Source: Chloroflexota bacterium (lineage in GTDB: Bacteria > Chloroflexota > Anaerolineae > UBA1429). From it: DNA of 64,000 bases. Location: positions 27,782-91,781 of the forward strand of contig JAAYDC010000006.1 of NCBI GenBank assembly GCA_012729455.1, read 5' to 3'. Under the pieces are notes generated by a model. That model saw only the letters and a list, made by a program, of their open reading frames with translations. It was not told where the DNA came from and did not search any database. Numbering within the stretch: the first letter of the stretch is position 1; every line of letters starts with the position of its first letter. Made by a program: the position numbers and the translations under genes. Below, in pieces: positions 39,553 through 48,977 of the stretch.

Positions 39553-40322
39553 GCTGCACCTCGATTCAACTCATAGATCAGCCGCAGACCTTTGAGCGTC
39601 AGCCAGGGTTCGATGTAGTTGAGCACCTCGGTCTCGCAACCGATCACCTCGGCCAGGCCGCCAGTCGCCACCACCACCATCTCTGGGCCCAGCGCCTGGC
39701 GGAAGCGCTGTACCATGCCCTCAACCAAGCCGACATAGCCGTACAGGATCCCAGAACGCATCGCGTCCACCGTGTTGGTGCCGATGGCGTTGGGCGGACG
39801 CTGGAAATCGATGCGCGGCAACTTGGCAGTGCCGCGGAAGAGCGCATCAGCTGCCAGACGGATGCCCGGCGCGATGGCCCCGCCCAAATAGTCACCGGTG
39901 GCAGACATGGCATCAAAGGTGGTGGCTGTGCCAAAATCCACGATGCAGGCCGGCCCGCCATATAGCTTGTAAACCGCCGCCACATTGATGATGCGGTCAG
40001 CACCGACCTCGCGCGGGTTGTCAATGCGGATCGCCACCCCCGTACGCACCCCACTGCCAACCACCAGCGGCTCGCGGCCGATGTAGCTGAGGAGCATCTC
40101 TGAGATCGTCTCGGTGAGGGGCGGCACCACACTGCTCAGCGCCACACCGCCGATATCTTGAATGCTGTAACCCTGATGCGACATCAGTGCCATCAGCACC
40201 AGACCATATTCGTCGGGCATCCGCGCCTGGTCCGAGTTGACGCGCCAGTGAGCCACCAGCTCATTGTTCCGATAGAGGCCGAACATGATATTTGTGTTTC
40301 CGATATCAATACACAGCAGCAT
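39549..40322 (-). CDS. coaX: type III pantothenate kinase
   Basis: The product starts MLLCIDIGNTN, which is the CoaX ASKHA motif. Confidence 0.85.
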   Translation of the reverse strand: MLLCIDIGNTNIMFGLYRNNELVAHWRVNSDQARMPDEYGLVLMALMSHQGYSIQDIGGVALSSVVPPLTETISEMLLSYIGREPLVVGSGVRTGVAIRIDNPREVGADRIINVAAVYKLYGGPACIVDFGTATTFDAMSATGDYLGGAIAPGIRLAADALFRGTAKLPRIDFQRPPNAIGTNTVDAMRSGILYGYVGLVEGMVQRFRQALGPEMVVVATGGLAEVIGCETEVLNYIEPWLTLKGLRLIYELNRGAA

Positions 40323-40332
40323 CTCGTACCTC

Positions 40333-41094
40333 CTACAAGCGCGCTTTACGGCGCCCAAACTGGCGCACCGCTGCAACAACCGCCACCACGACCACCACCG
40401 AAACAATCATCTCGGGGATGCCCTGCGCCAGGGCAATCACCAGCGACATCCCTGCGGTAAAGTACCCGCGCAGTGTAGCCATTCCCAGCACCAGGACGGT
40501 GTTGGTGAGTGACCCAACCGCAGTCGCCAGGGCAGTCGCCACAATACCGCGGTCTTCGTTCTGCAGCCAAACCATCAGCCCAGCCGCTAGACCAACCATG
40601 ATCAGCGCGATCAAACCGCCCTGCCACCACGTAAAGGCGGCCGATCCGGCGGTGGTTTCGGAAAGGCCCTGCAACCAGCCCAGGGCACCGGGGCTGGCAC
40701 CGGTCAGCAGAGCTACCACCACCAGCGCGACCACTACCAAAATGGTCAGCCCCGCCATCAGGGTGCGCTTGCTGGCGTGGTAAAAGCCCGAAAAAACCCA
40801 TGCCGAAACCAGTCCAATAAACAGCCTCGGCAGGATCGCCACGAGCGGGTCTTTAAAGGCTGGGATGGTAGCCCGCATCAGGCTGGCAAAGCCAAAACCG
40901 AGGCCGATCACCAGGCCCACCAGCGAGCCTTCCAAAATACCGCCAATGATCGCCGGAATATGCACGATGGTGGCATTGCCGGCTGGGGTCGGCACCGGAA
41001 TAAAGCCGATACCTGGTATTAATGCCAGCAACAGTGTGAGAGCCAGCAATAACCCGGCGATGATCACGCGGCGGATGCGTCCATGTTCAGTCAT
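40333..41094 (-). CDS. ECF transporter S component (candidate pantothenate-specific, PanT-like by genomic context)
   Basis: The 253-aa product has about 6 TM segments. A GGGAGG RBS is present. The gene lies between ecfT and coaX. Confidence 0.55.
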   Translation of the reverse strand: MTEHGRIRRVIIAGLLLALTLLLALIPGIGFIPVPTPAGNATIVHIPAIIGGILEGSLVGLVIGLGFGFASLMRATIPAFKDPLVAILPRLFIGLVSAWVFSGFYHASKRTLMAGLTILVVVALVVVALLTGASPGALGWLQGLSETTAGSAAFTWWQGGLIALIMVGLAAGLMVWLQNEDRGIVATALATAVGSLTNTVLVLGMATLRGYFTAGMSLVIALAQGIPEMIVSVVVVVAVVAAVRQFGRRKARL

Positions 41095-41111
41095 GATACC
41101 TCCCGTGGTAC

Positions 41112-41957
41112 CTAAGGTAACGGTAAACGATGCAGAATCAACACCGTCATCAAAATTATTACCGCCAAAGCCAGAGATAGCGTATCCAGCACCTGCCATC
41201 GGCGCACATTCAGTTGCGTGCGGCCGCGTCCTCCCTGGTAGCAGCGCGCCTGCATGGCAAAGGCCATCTCATCGGCATGCCGCAGGGTGCTGACAAAAAG
41301 CGGTACGATCAGGTTGGCGGTGCGTCGTGCACGGCGGATAAACTGCCAGCGCGAACGGCGTTCGGCCACCAGGGTGCGCGCCGCTTGGGCGTGCGATATC
41401 GCCTCAAGCTCCTCGCCCAGGATTGGCAAAAAACGCAGCGCGATCGCCATGACCATTCCCAGCTCGTGACCGGGCAAGCCGACGGCCGTCAACGGCCGCA
41501 GCCACCATTCGACGCCATGGTGCAAAGCCGAGGTCGTGGTGGTGTTGGTTAACAGGCTGACGAGTGCCAGTAAGCCGCCAAAACGCAGCAGTGAAATGAC
41601 CACCATGCGCACCCCAGCCGATGAGATCACCAGCGCCCCCCAGCGCAGATAAACAGTACTGCCGGCCGGCCCCTCACCGTAAAACAAGAGCTGCATGAGG
41701 GTCAACAGCAGGATTAACGGCAGCGCTGGTTTGACGGTGCTGGCCACAAAGCGCGGCGAGAGGCGTGCCAATTTGAGGAACGCCACCAGCAGCAGCACCA
41801 ATGCCAGGTTCACGAGATAGCCATTGGCGGCAAAGATGGCCACCCCCAGGATCAGGCTGATCAGCAGCTTGGCGCGCGCGTCAATGCGATGCACCACCGA
41901 GCCTGTGGGCAGATACTCGCCGATGCTGACCGACCTCAGGCTCTCCAGGCTTGCCAC
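41112..41957 (-). CDS. ecfT: ECF transporter transmembrane (T) component
   Basis: The product is a CbiQ-family protein and is coupled to the ecfA genes. Confidence 0.75.
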   Translation of the reverse strand: MASLESLRSVSIGEYLPTGSVVHRIDARAKLLISLILGVAIFAANGYLVNLALVLLLVAFLKLARLSPRFVASTVKPALPLILLLTLMQLLFYGEGPAGSTVYLRWGALVISSAGVRMVVISLLRFGGLLALVSLLTNTTTTSALHHGVEWWLRPLTAVGLPGHELGMVMAIALRFLPILGEELEAISHAQAARTLVAERRSRWQFIRRARRTANLIVPLFVSTLRHADEMAFAMQARCYQGGRGRTQLNVRRWQVLDTLSLALAVIILMTVLILHRLPLP

Positions 41958-42748
41958 AGAGCCTCCTCCAGATCATCCAGCGAGTCGATCATGTCATCCA
42001 ATGGAGTGCCGGCCGCGCGCAGGGTGTCGCGCATGGCGATCACCGCGGGCGGCACCAATCCCCAGGCAGCTAGGTCGTCGCGGTTAAAGAGCGCCTGACA
42101 ACTGCCCTCAAACACACTGCGCCCTCGGTTCAACACCACAACGTGACTTGCGAGTGCCAAAACTTCGTCCATGTCGTTGGAGACGATCAGCACGGTGGTG
42201 CCACCCACTGCCAACTGGCGCAGAAGGGTATGCATTTGCTGGCGCCCCAGCGGATCGAGCCCGGTCGTGACCTCATCGAGGATCAACAGCTCGGGCTGAG
42301 TAGCCAGCACGCCGGCGATGGCGGCCCGGCGCATCTCTCCGCCGGATAGAGAAAAGGTATGGCGATTGCTGAACGCCTCGGGATCCAGCCCGACAACGCG
42401 CATCACACCATAGACGCGCTCGCGCAGCACGTCACCTGTTAACCCGAGCTGGCGCGGCCCGTAAGCGATGTCATCGCCGACGAAACGCTCAAAGAGCTGC
42501 TGCTGGGGATATTGCATCACCAGCCCCACACGCTGGCGCAGCATCCCCAAGTCGAGATCGGCGGCGGCCAGATCCTGGCCCAACACCTGCACCACGCCCA
42601 GTGAACGCGGCAGCAAGAGGCCGTTGATAAAGTGCAACAGGGTCGACTTGCCGGCGCCATTTTCGCCCACCAGGGCACTGATCTTGCCAGAGGGCAGCGT
42701 CAGGCTGGCATCCTGCAAGGCCACTTGGGCCAGTGGGCTGTCGGCCAT
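41936..42748 (-). CDS. ecfA2: ECF transporter ATPase A2
   Basis: The product has a Walker A motif (GENGAGKST), the LSGGEMRR signature and an LLILDE Walker B motif. Confidence 0.8.
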   Translation of the reverse strand: MADSPLAQVALQDASLTLPSGKISALVGENGAGKSTLLHFINGLLLPRSLGVVQVLGQDLAAADLDLGMLRQRVGLVMQYPQQQLFERFVGDDIAYGPRQLGLTGDVLRERVYGVMRVVGLDPEAFSNRHTFSLSGGEMRRAAIAGVLATQPELLILDEVTTGLDPLGRQQMHTLLRQLAVGGTTVLIVSNDMDEVLALASHVVVLNRGRSVFEGSCQALFNRDDLAAWGLVPPAVIAMRDTLRAAGTPLDDMIDSLDDLEEALWQAWRA

Positions 42749-42782
42749 ATAGGTATGCGCCAGGCGGCTGATGCACACGGCC

Positions 42783-43625
42783 TCAGGCACGGCGCGCCTC
42801 GCCCATAGCTGCGAGCAACTCGTCGACATTGAGCGGCAAACCGATATCCCAGCCGCGGCGGCCAAAGGCGAGCGCCAGTTGGGTAACGAGCGGCAGTTCG
42901 AGGCTGAGCGCTTGCAGCTCTGGCTCGTGGGCAAACACCTCACGCGGGGTGCCCGCCAGCGCCTGGCGGCCGTCCTTGAGCACCAGGATGCGCTGAGCAT
43001 CGAGGGCTTCGTGCATATAGTGGGTTACCAGGATGATCGCCAGTCCCCGCTGGTGCAGGTCGCGCAGCAGGCTCAGCAGCGCCAGGCGGTTGATCGGATC
43101 GAGCATAGCGGTGGATTCATCCAGAATGATGCCGCGCGGCTGCATCACTAGCACATCGGCGATCGCGAGGCGCGTCTTTTGCCCCGCCGAGAGAGTGTGC
43201 ACCTTGGCATCCCTGAGTTCCAACAGACCGGTAGCCTGCAGGGCCGCATCCACGCGTTCGCGCAGCTCGGGCAGCGGTACCCCCAGGTTCTCAGCACCAA
43301 AGGCGACTTCTTCCTCAACCACGGTCGAGACGAACTGGTTATCGGGGTTCTGAAAGACCATGCCAACCTGGGCGCGTATCGCCACCAGGTTGGACGGCTG
43401 GCGGGTATCCAGACCGGCTACGCTCACCGAGCCGCTGGTAGGCACCAGCAACCCGCACAGGCACTTGGCCAGGGTGGATTTCCCCGAGCCGTTATGCCCA
43501 ACCACCGCGAGGTACTCGCCGACCGCCACCTCCAAAGAGAGCTCCTTGATGGCACTGATCGACTCGCTGCCCTCGAGGGCATAACTAAAAGACAGGTTTT
43601 CGGCGCGAATCAGAGTCTCGGGCAT
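42783..43625 (-). CDS. ecfA1: ECF transporter ATPase A1
   Basis: The product has a Walker A motif (GHNGSGKST), the LSAGQKTR signature and an ILDEST Walker B motif. Confidence 0.8.
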   Translation of the reverse strand: MPETLIRAENLSFSYALEGSESISAIKELSLEVAVGEYLAVVGHNGSGKSTLAKCLCGLLVPTSGSVSVAGLDTRQPSNLVAIRAQVGMVFQNPDNQFVSTVVEEEVAFGAENLGVPLPELRERVDAALQATGLLELRDAKVHTLSAGQKTRLAIADVLVMQPRGIILDESTAMLDPINRLALLSLLRDLHQRGLAIILVTHYMHEALDAQRILVLKDGRQALAGTPREVFAHEPELQALSLELPLVTQLALAFGRRGWDIGLPLNVDELLAAMGEARRA

Positions 43626-43817
43626 GAAAAAAGCCTCGCCCCAAGACGGAGCAAGGCCAACTGACTGCCCGCTATAGCCGTCTCGGTCTAAAGATCCAAG
43701 CGACGTTTATGGGTACTGTAGCAAGTTTGGTGCCAGTAACTGGTCACCGACAAGCGGATTGTAAGCCAAAGCTGCCCTGATGTAAAATGTTAACATCATG
43801 AAACGACAGGGGGCGTA

Positions 43818-44810
43818 ATGCGCGCAGCAGTTTTTCACGCCGTCGGTGATATCCGCATCGAACCCCGCGAGGTGCCAGAGCCCGGCAAGGGCGAGGTACT
43901 CGTGCGCGTGGCAGCCTGCGGGATATGCGGTACCGATCGGCACATCCTGCATGGCGAGTTTGATGTAGTACCGCCGATCATCATCGGGCACGAGTACTCT
44001 GGCGAGATCACTGCCGTCGGCCCGGATGTGACCGATTTCCGCGTCGGAGAACGCGTCGCCATGGACCCCAACATGCCCTGCGGAGTGTGCCGCCCCTGCC
44101 AGCGCGGACAGGTACACCTTTGCGATAACCTCACCGCTTTAGGTGTGAACTATGACGGCGGCTTTGCCGAATACAGCGTGGTGCCTACCGCCCAATGTTA
44201 TAAACTGCCCGAGCACGTCTCCCTGCTGGAGGGCTCGCTGGCCGAACCGCTGGCTTGTTGCCTGCGCGGCATCCAGCAGGCTCACATCCAGCCGGGCGAC
44301 CGCGTGGCGGTTATCGGCGGCGGCGCGATCGGACAGATTCTGGCGCAGCTGGCACGCCTGACCGGCGCCGGTAAACTGGTACTCTCGGATCTGATTGAAG
44401 AGCGCCGCAGCATGGCCGAACAGCTCGGTTACGTGGACGAGACGGTCGACCCGCACACATCGGACGCCCTGCTGGGCTGGGCCGATGTGGTGCTCGAGGC
44501 GGTCGGCTCGGTCACCACCACCCAGCAAGCCCTGCAATGGGCTGCCCCGGGAGCGACCATCGTATGGTTCGGGGTCACGCCCCCGGGCGACATGGCGGCT
44601 ATCGAGCCCAACCTGGTTTTTCGCAAAGAGCTCACCATCCGCGGGGCGCGCATCAACCCCTTTACCCATACGCGCGCCATCGCCATGCTTGACTCTGGCC
44701 GCCTGAACCTGGAACCGCTGATCACCAAACGCATCAGCCTGGATGAACTGCCCGGTTTTCTGGCGGCTGCTCCGGGCAAGGATACCAAGACGGTTGTGAT
44801 CCCGGCCTAG
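43818..44810 (+). CDS. Zn-dependent alcohol/polyol dehydrogenase (MDR; sorbitol/threonine-DH-like)
   Basis: The product has catalytic Zn ligands in CGICGTDRH and GHEYSG, a structural Zn-binding Cys cluster and a GGGAIG Rossmann motif. Confidence 0.8.
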   Translation: MRAAVFHAVGDIRIEPREVPEPGKGEVLVRVAACGICGTDRHILHGEFDVVPPIIIGHEYSGEITAVGPDVTDFRVGERVAMDPNMPCGVCRPCQRGQVHLCDNLTALGVNYDGGFAEYSVVPTAQCYKLPEHVSLLEGSLAEPLACCLRGIQQAHIQPGDRVAVIGGGAIGQILAQLARLTGAGKLVLSDLIEERRSMAEQLGYVDETVDPHTSDALLGWADVVLEAVGSVTTTQQALQWAAPGATIVWFGVTPPGDMAAIEPNLVFRKELTIRGARINPFTHTRAIAMLDSGRLNLEPLITKRISLDELPGFLAAAPGKDTKTVVIPA

Positions 44811-44889
44811 AGGGCTTGACAGCGTGCTGCTGGCCGTTTAGGATAGCTTGGAGTTTATTAAATCGTTCAATGACTCGCTGAGGAGGCAC

Positions 44890-45648
44890 ATGATGCAGGT
44901 TCCGATCGCGCTACAGCTCTACACCGTCCGTGACGAAACGGCCAAGGATTTCGTGGGCACCGTCAAAAAAGTCGCCGCGTTGGGCTACAAGGGCGTCGAG
45001 TTTGCCGGTTTTGGCGGACTTACCCCGCAGCAACTGGCAGATCTGTTGGCTGAGACTGGCCTCAAGCCGGCTGGTATGCACATCAGCCTCGACCAGTTCG
45101 ACGCGAATCTCGACAAGATCATCCAGGATTGCAAGGCGATCGGCAGCAAGTTCGCCGGCGTGCCCTTTTTGCCCAACGACCTGCGCAGCGCGCAAGGTTA
45201 TCGCCAGGTAGCCGCCAAACTCAACAAATATGGCGCCGCCTTAAAGGCCGAAGGCCTGTCGCTTTATTACCATAACCACGCCTTTGAGTTCGAAAAGATC
45301 GAGGGCTTGCGCGGGATCGACATCCTCCTGGCAGAGACCGACCCGAGCGCGGTGGGGTTTGAGGTGGACGTTTATTGGGTCAAGTACGGCGGCGATAACC
45401 CGGCTGACTTTATCAAAACCTACAGCGGACGCTTCCCGCTGGTGCACCTCAAGGACATGAAGGGCGAGGGCGACCAGCGCACATTTACCGAGGTCGGCAA
45501 CGGCAACATCGATTTCAAGCCGATTTTTGCCGCCGCCGAAGCGCAGCCATTGTCCTGGTATATCGTCGAGCAGGATACCTGCCCGGGCCCGAGCATCGAG
45601 AGTACCAAGATCAGCATCGATAACCTGACCAAGTGGGGCAAAGGCTAA
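44890..45648 (+). CDS. sugar phosphate isomerase/epimerase (xylose isomerase-like TIM barrel)
   Basis: The product has AP_endonuc_2/XylI-like TIM-barrel motifs (YKGVEFAG, HLKDM). A GGAGG RBS precedes the ATG at 44890. Confidence 0.7.
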   Translation: MMQVPIALQLYTVRDETAKDFVGTVKKVAALGYKGVEFAGFGGLTPQQLADLLAETGLKPAGMHISLDQFDANLDKIIQDCKAIGSKFAGVPFLPNDLRSAQGYRQVAAKLNKYGAALKAEGLSLYYHNHAFEFEKIEGLRGIDILLAETDPSAVGFEVDVYWVKYGGDNPADFIKTYSGRFPLVHLKDMKGEGDQRTFTEVGNGNIDFKPIFAAAEAQPLSWYIVEQDTCPGPSIESTKISIDNLTKWGKG

Positions 45649-45671
45649 GGCTAAGTCCAAAGCAATCCGTC

Positions 45672-45702
45672 AGCGCCGCGTGGCAACCACGCGGCGCTTT
45701 AT
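45672..45702 (+). terminator. intrinsic terminator (12-bp GC stem agcgccgcgtgg / ccacgcggcgct, followed by TTTAT)
   Basis: The hairpin lies between the convergent sugar-P isomerase (+) and ARH-fusion (−) genes. Confidence 0.55.
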
Positions 45703-45707
45703 GATGC

Positions 45708-47780
45708 TTACGGGCGAATGCATACCTCGCCGCAACCCACACGCCCTTCTTCGACCATCAGGCCGATCGCCCCTTCGGCCAAGCCTTGGGGGTCGTCGAC
45801 CTCACAGATCAGCTCACCATCCACCCAGGCGCTGATGCAGCTGCCGGCCACCTGCAGCGTGAGGGCATAGTCGCGGTACAGTTCCCAGTTGAATGCAGTG
45901 GTATAGAGCACGCGCGTGCCATCCAGCTCGCGTATCAGGCTGATGTTACCATCGGCAGCCAACTGTAGGGCATAATAGCGCTTTAATCCCTGCACCCTGG
46001 CGGCCAGCCCAAAGGAGCGCGCCAGATGCGGGCGAAAACAGGCCGAGATCGTATAGTCGCGCCATTCGCGCAGACCCTGGATCACCATGCCCGTGCCAGT
46101 GTTTTGCCAGAGCCAGTATTCCGGCTCACCGCCAGGTATAAAGTCATCGGCGGCCAGCACCCAGGCTTGCATCCAGCGCGCGTTCTGGGCTTTGGGCGCT
46201 GTAAAGCGCACCTCAGGCGCGCCCTCCCAGGTGAGCCAGTCGAGGTAAAGCGTGCCGGCCTCATCGCCGGAGGCAGCCAGTTCCAGCCCCACCCAGGCGA
46301 TCGGGCAGCCATCCGGAACACGCACGCGCCAGGAGAGCTCGCGCACCTCGCCGGGCTTGACACACACTGCCTCACCGCGAGCGGTCGCCAGCTGCTCACT
46401 GGCATCGTAATACTGCACTGCCAGCGCCAGGCTCAGATCGGCGCAGTTGGCGGCATCTGAACTGACCGCTGCCCAAAGCAGCTGACCGCTGTAGAGCGTG
46501 GGCGAGGCCTCTATATGGTAGCCTCCGCCGCGCGTCGCCGGATAGGCCTCGCGCCCTACGCTCACGCCCGATTGCGACGCAAGCCGGTCATAGCGAATCG
46601 CCAGCGCATGCGCGCCTGTGCCAGAGTGGCCGGCGACATTCTCTACCTGGCAATTGGTCCCTGCAAAGCCCTGCAGTGCCCCGGGCAGATCAAAGTGAAA
46701 GCGCGCGCCGCCCTTGGAGGCACTAAAGGGCACCCCAGCCAGGGCGCAGCCCGCCGCGGCTACTTCAACCGCCTCGCGCACCGCGTCCGTCACCACCCGG
46801 CCACCGTCGGCAGTGGGGATATAGATGCGGTCGGCCACTGGTGTACGGAAATCCACCTCGGCGTTGATGCCCTCCAGCCCAAGGCGCACACCCATCAGGC
46901 AGCCGACGTTGGCCGAGTTACAATCGGTATCCCAGCCGCTGGTGTTGACGATCATCAGCGCGCGCTGAAAGCTCTCGGCGCCATATAAAAGTGCCATGAT
47001 CACCAGGGCGTGGTTGGGGATGATGTGGCAGCCCCCGCCATAGCGATCATAACCGTAATGGGATTCGATCAACGCGCGGGTGGCGTGCCAATCCGGATTG
47101 GCAGCGTGCCAGGCACGGATATCGGCGATTAAGCGTGCGATCAGGCAGTCCTCAGGGATTTGCGCCAGGCCGATATCCAGCAAACGCCCCATATCGCGCT
47201 CGTTAAAGGCGGCTGCCACCATGGCAGCAATGACCTGGGCGCCATAAACGGCCTCGCCGTCGTGGGAGACCCTCGCAGCCAGGTAAGCCAGCTGTGCCGC
47301 GCGTGCCGGATCGCCGGGGGCTGCCAACCCCCAGGCGTCGATAAAAATCTGCGCGCCGATCTGTTCGGCTACCACCGGTCCGTTCAAGGCGATCGAGCCG
47401 CTCTCGGGCGCCTGGATGCCGGCCCTGAGCCGCAGGTAGGCGGTATGCTCGGTCGAGCGCCCCATTCCGCCCCACCACAGCACCGACTTGTTCTCTACCA
47501 GATAGTTCAACCAGGTTTGGGCGACCTGTTGAGAGGTGATCTCGGCGGGATAGCCATAATCCTGCAGAGCTCGCACAAAGGTAAAGGTCCCCGAGATGTC
47601 GTCATCCGGCAAGATCAGCGAGCGCCCAAGGCGCTCCTGCAGATAGCCGTTGACCTCACCCACCTCACGCATGATGCGCGCATAATCCCAACCCTCGATC
47701 GGGCTGCCCACATACACGCCGATGACTTTACCGAGCACCCCGGCATAAACCCGCTCCAGATAATCCGACGGGATCGGCAT
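45708..47780 (-). CDS. ADP-ribosylglycohydrolase-family domain fused to a C-terminal concanavalin/LamG-like jelly-roll domain
   Basis: The N-terminal about 400 aa match the ARH fold (GKVIGVYVGSPIEGWDY…, GWDTDCNSANVGCLMGVRLG). The C-terminal about 280 aa have a beta-sandwich/DUF1080-like pattern. A GGGAGGTGG RBS is present. Confidence 0.6.
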   Translation of the reverse strand: MPIPSDYLERVYAGVLGKVIGVYVGSPIEGWDYARIMREVGEVNGYLQERLGRSLILPDDDISGTFTFVRALQDYGYPAEITSQQVAQTWLNYLVENKSVLWWGGMGRSTEHTAYLRLRAGIQAPESGSIALNGPVVAEQIGAQIFIDAWGLAAPGDPARAAQLAYLAARVSHDGEAVYGAQVIAAMVAAAFNERDMGRLLDIGLAQIPEDCLIARLIADIRAWHAANPDWHATRALIESHYGYDRYGGGCHIIPNHALVIMALLYGAESFQRALMIVNTSGWDTDCNSANVGCLMGVRLGLEGINAEVDFRTPVADRIYIPTADGGRVVTDAVREAVEVAAAGCALAGVPFSASKGGARFHFDLPGALQGFAGTNCQVENVAGHSGTGAHALAIRYDRLASQSGVSVGREAYPATRGGGYHIEASPTLYSGQLLWAAVSSDAANCADLSLALAVQYYDASEQLATARGEAVCVKPGEVRELSWRVRVPDGCPIAWVGLELAASGDEAGTLYLDWLTWEGAPEVRFTAPKAQNARWMQAWVLAADDFIPGGEPEYWLWQNTGTGMVIQGLREWRDYTISACFRPHLARSFGLAARVQGLKRYYALQLAADGNISLIRELDGTRVLYTTAFNWELYRDYALTLQVAGSCISAWVDGELICEVDDPQGLAEGAIGLMVEEGRVGCGEVCIRP

Positions 47781-47895
47781 TACCCCACCTCCCTGCGTTG
47801 TTTTGTTTGTTGTAGCCCAGTGCCGGGCCCGCGTCAAGGGGCTGGTTTGACATCCACCGGGCTTTCGGGCATACCTAGGTCATACTACCTGATGG

Positions 47896-48960
47896 ATGGG
47901 TATGCGAAAGCTAACAATGCGCGAGCGCCTGCTGGCCGTGATCCACGGTAAGCCGCTCGACCGCGTGCCGCTGATCATGTACGAGGGGGTGATCCCCACT
48001 GATCAGGCCTGGCAGCTGCTGGGGCGCGAGCGCCTCGGGTTCTTGCGCTGGAGCGCGGTGCACCGTGTCGACACCCCGCACTGCCGTTTTGAGACGATCG
48101 AAAAGCGCGTCAATGGCCAGCGCCAGCAGCGCATCGTACTGCATACCCCCAAGGGCGACCTGTACGAAGAGCGTACCTTTGAGCCGGTGTATAATTCCAG
48201 CTCGATCCACAAGCACTTTGTGGAGGAACCTGAGGATTATGACAAGTTGTGGGCTTACCTGGAGGATGGCATCGTCGCGCCCGATTACGAGCGTTATCTA
48301 AAGGATGCAAGCGATCTGGGCGACGATGGCCTGCCCCTCACGGCTGTCGAACGCAGCCCCTACCAACAGCTATGGATCCAATGGGTCGGGCTCAGCACAC
48401 TCGGTTACCACTTTGCGGATATCCCCGAGCGCGTCGAGCATACCATGGCGCTCCTGCGGGCTCGCGCCCTGCAGATTTTCGAGATCGTGCGGCACTCGCC
48501 CACCGAGTTGATCGACTTTCCGGATAACATCACCGCGCCGCCGCTCGGCCCGCGCCGCTTTGCCGAGTATTGTGTGCCGCAATACAACCTGCTGGCCGAA
48601 ATGCTGGAGGGCAAGGGCGTCCCCGTGTTTGTGCACATGGATGGCGATCTCAAGCCCTTCTGGGAGATGATCGCTGCCTCCCGCGTTGACGGACTGGATT
48701 CGTTCGCCCCCGCACCCGATAACGACACCACCGTGGCGCAGGCGATCAGCATGTGGCCCGAAAAGCGGTTGTTTGTGAACTTTCCCTCTTCGGTGCACCT
48801 GCGCCCCTACGAGCAGGTGCGTGCCGAGGCCGAAGCAATCCTCGAGGCGGGCGGGCATACCGGCCGGCTAGAGATTCAGATATCAGAGAACGTGCCGCCC
48901 TTTGCATGGCCGACCAGTCTGCCGGCCATTGCCGACGCGATCGACGCGTTTCGCCCGTAG
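47896..48960 (+). CDS. uroporphyrinogen decarboxylase (URO-D)-family protein (MtaA/CmuA-like methyltransferase fold)
   Basis: The N-terminal RERLLAVIHGKPLDRVP matches the URO-D family signature. The product is 354 aa. Confidence 0.55.
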   Translation: MGMRKLTMRERLLAVIHGKPLDRVPLIMYEGVIPTDQAWQLLGRERLGFLRWSAVHRVDTPHCRFETIEKRVNGQRQQRIVLHTPKGDLYEERTFEPVYNSSSIHKHFVEEPEDYDKLWAYLEDGIVAPDYERYLKDASDLGDDGLPLTAVERSPYQQLWIQWVGLSTLGYHFADIPERVEHTMALLRARALQIFEIVRHSPTELIDFPDNITAPPLGPRRFAEYCVPQYNLLAEMLEGKGVPVFVHMDGDLKPFWEMIAASRVDGLDSFAPAPDNDTTVAQAISMWPEKRLFVNFPSSVHLRPYEQVRAEAEAILEAGGHTGRLEIQISENVPPFAWPTSLPAIADAIDAFRP

Positions 48961-48977
48961 GCGCAGGAGCAACACGC

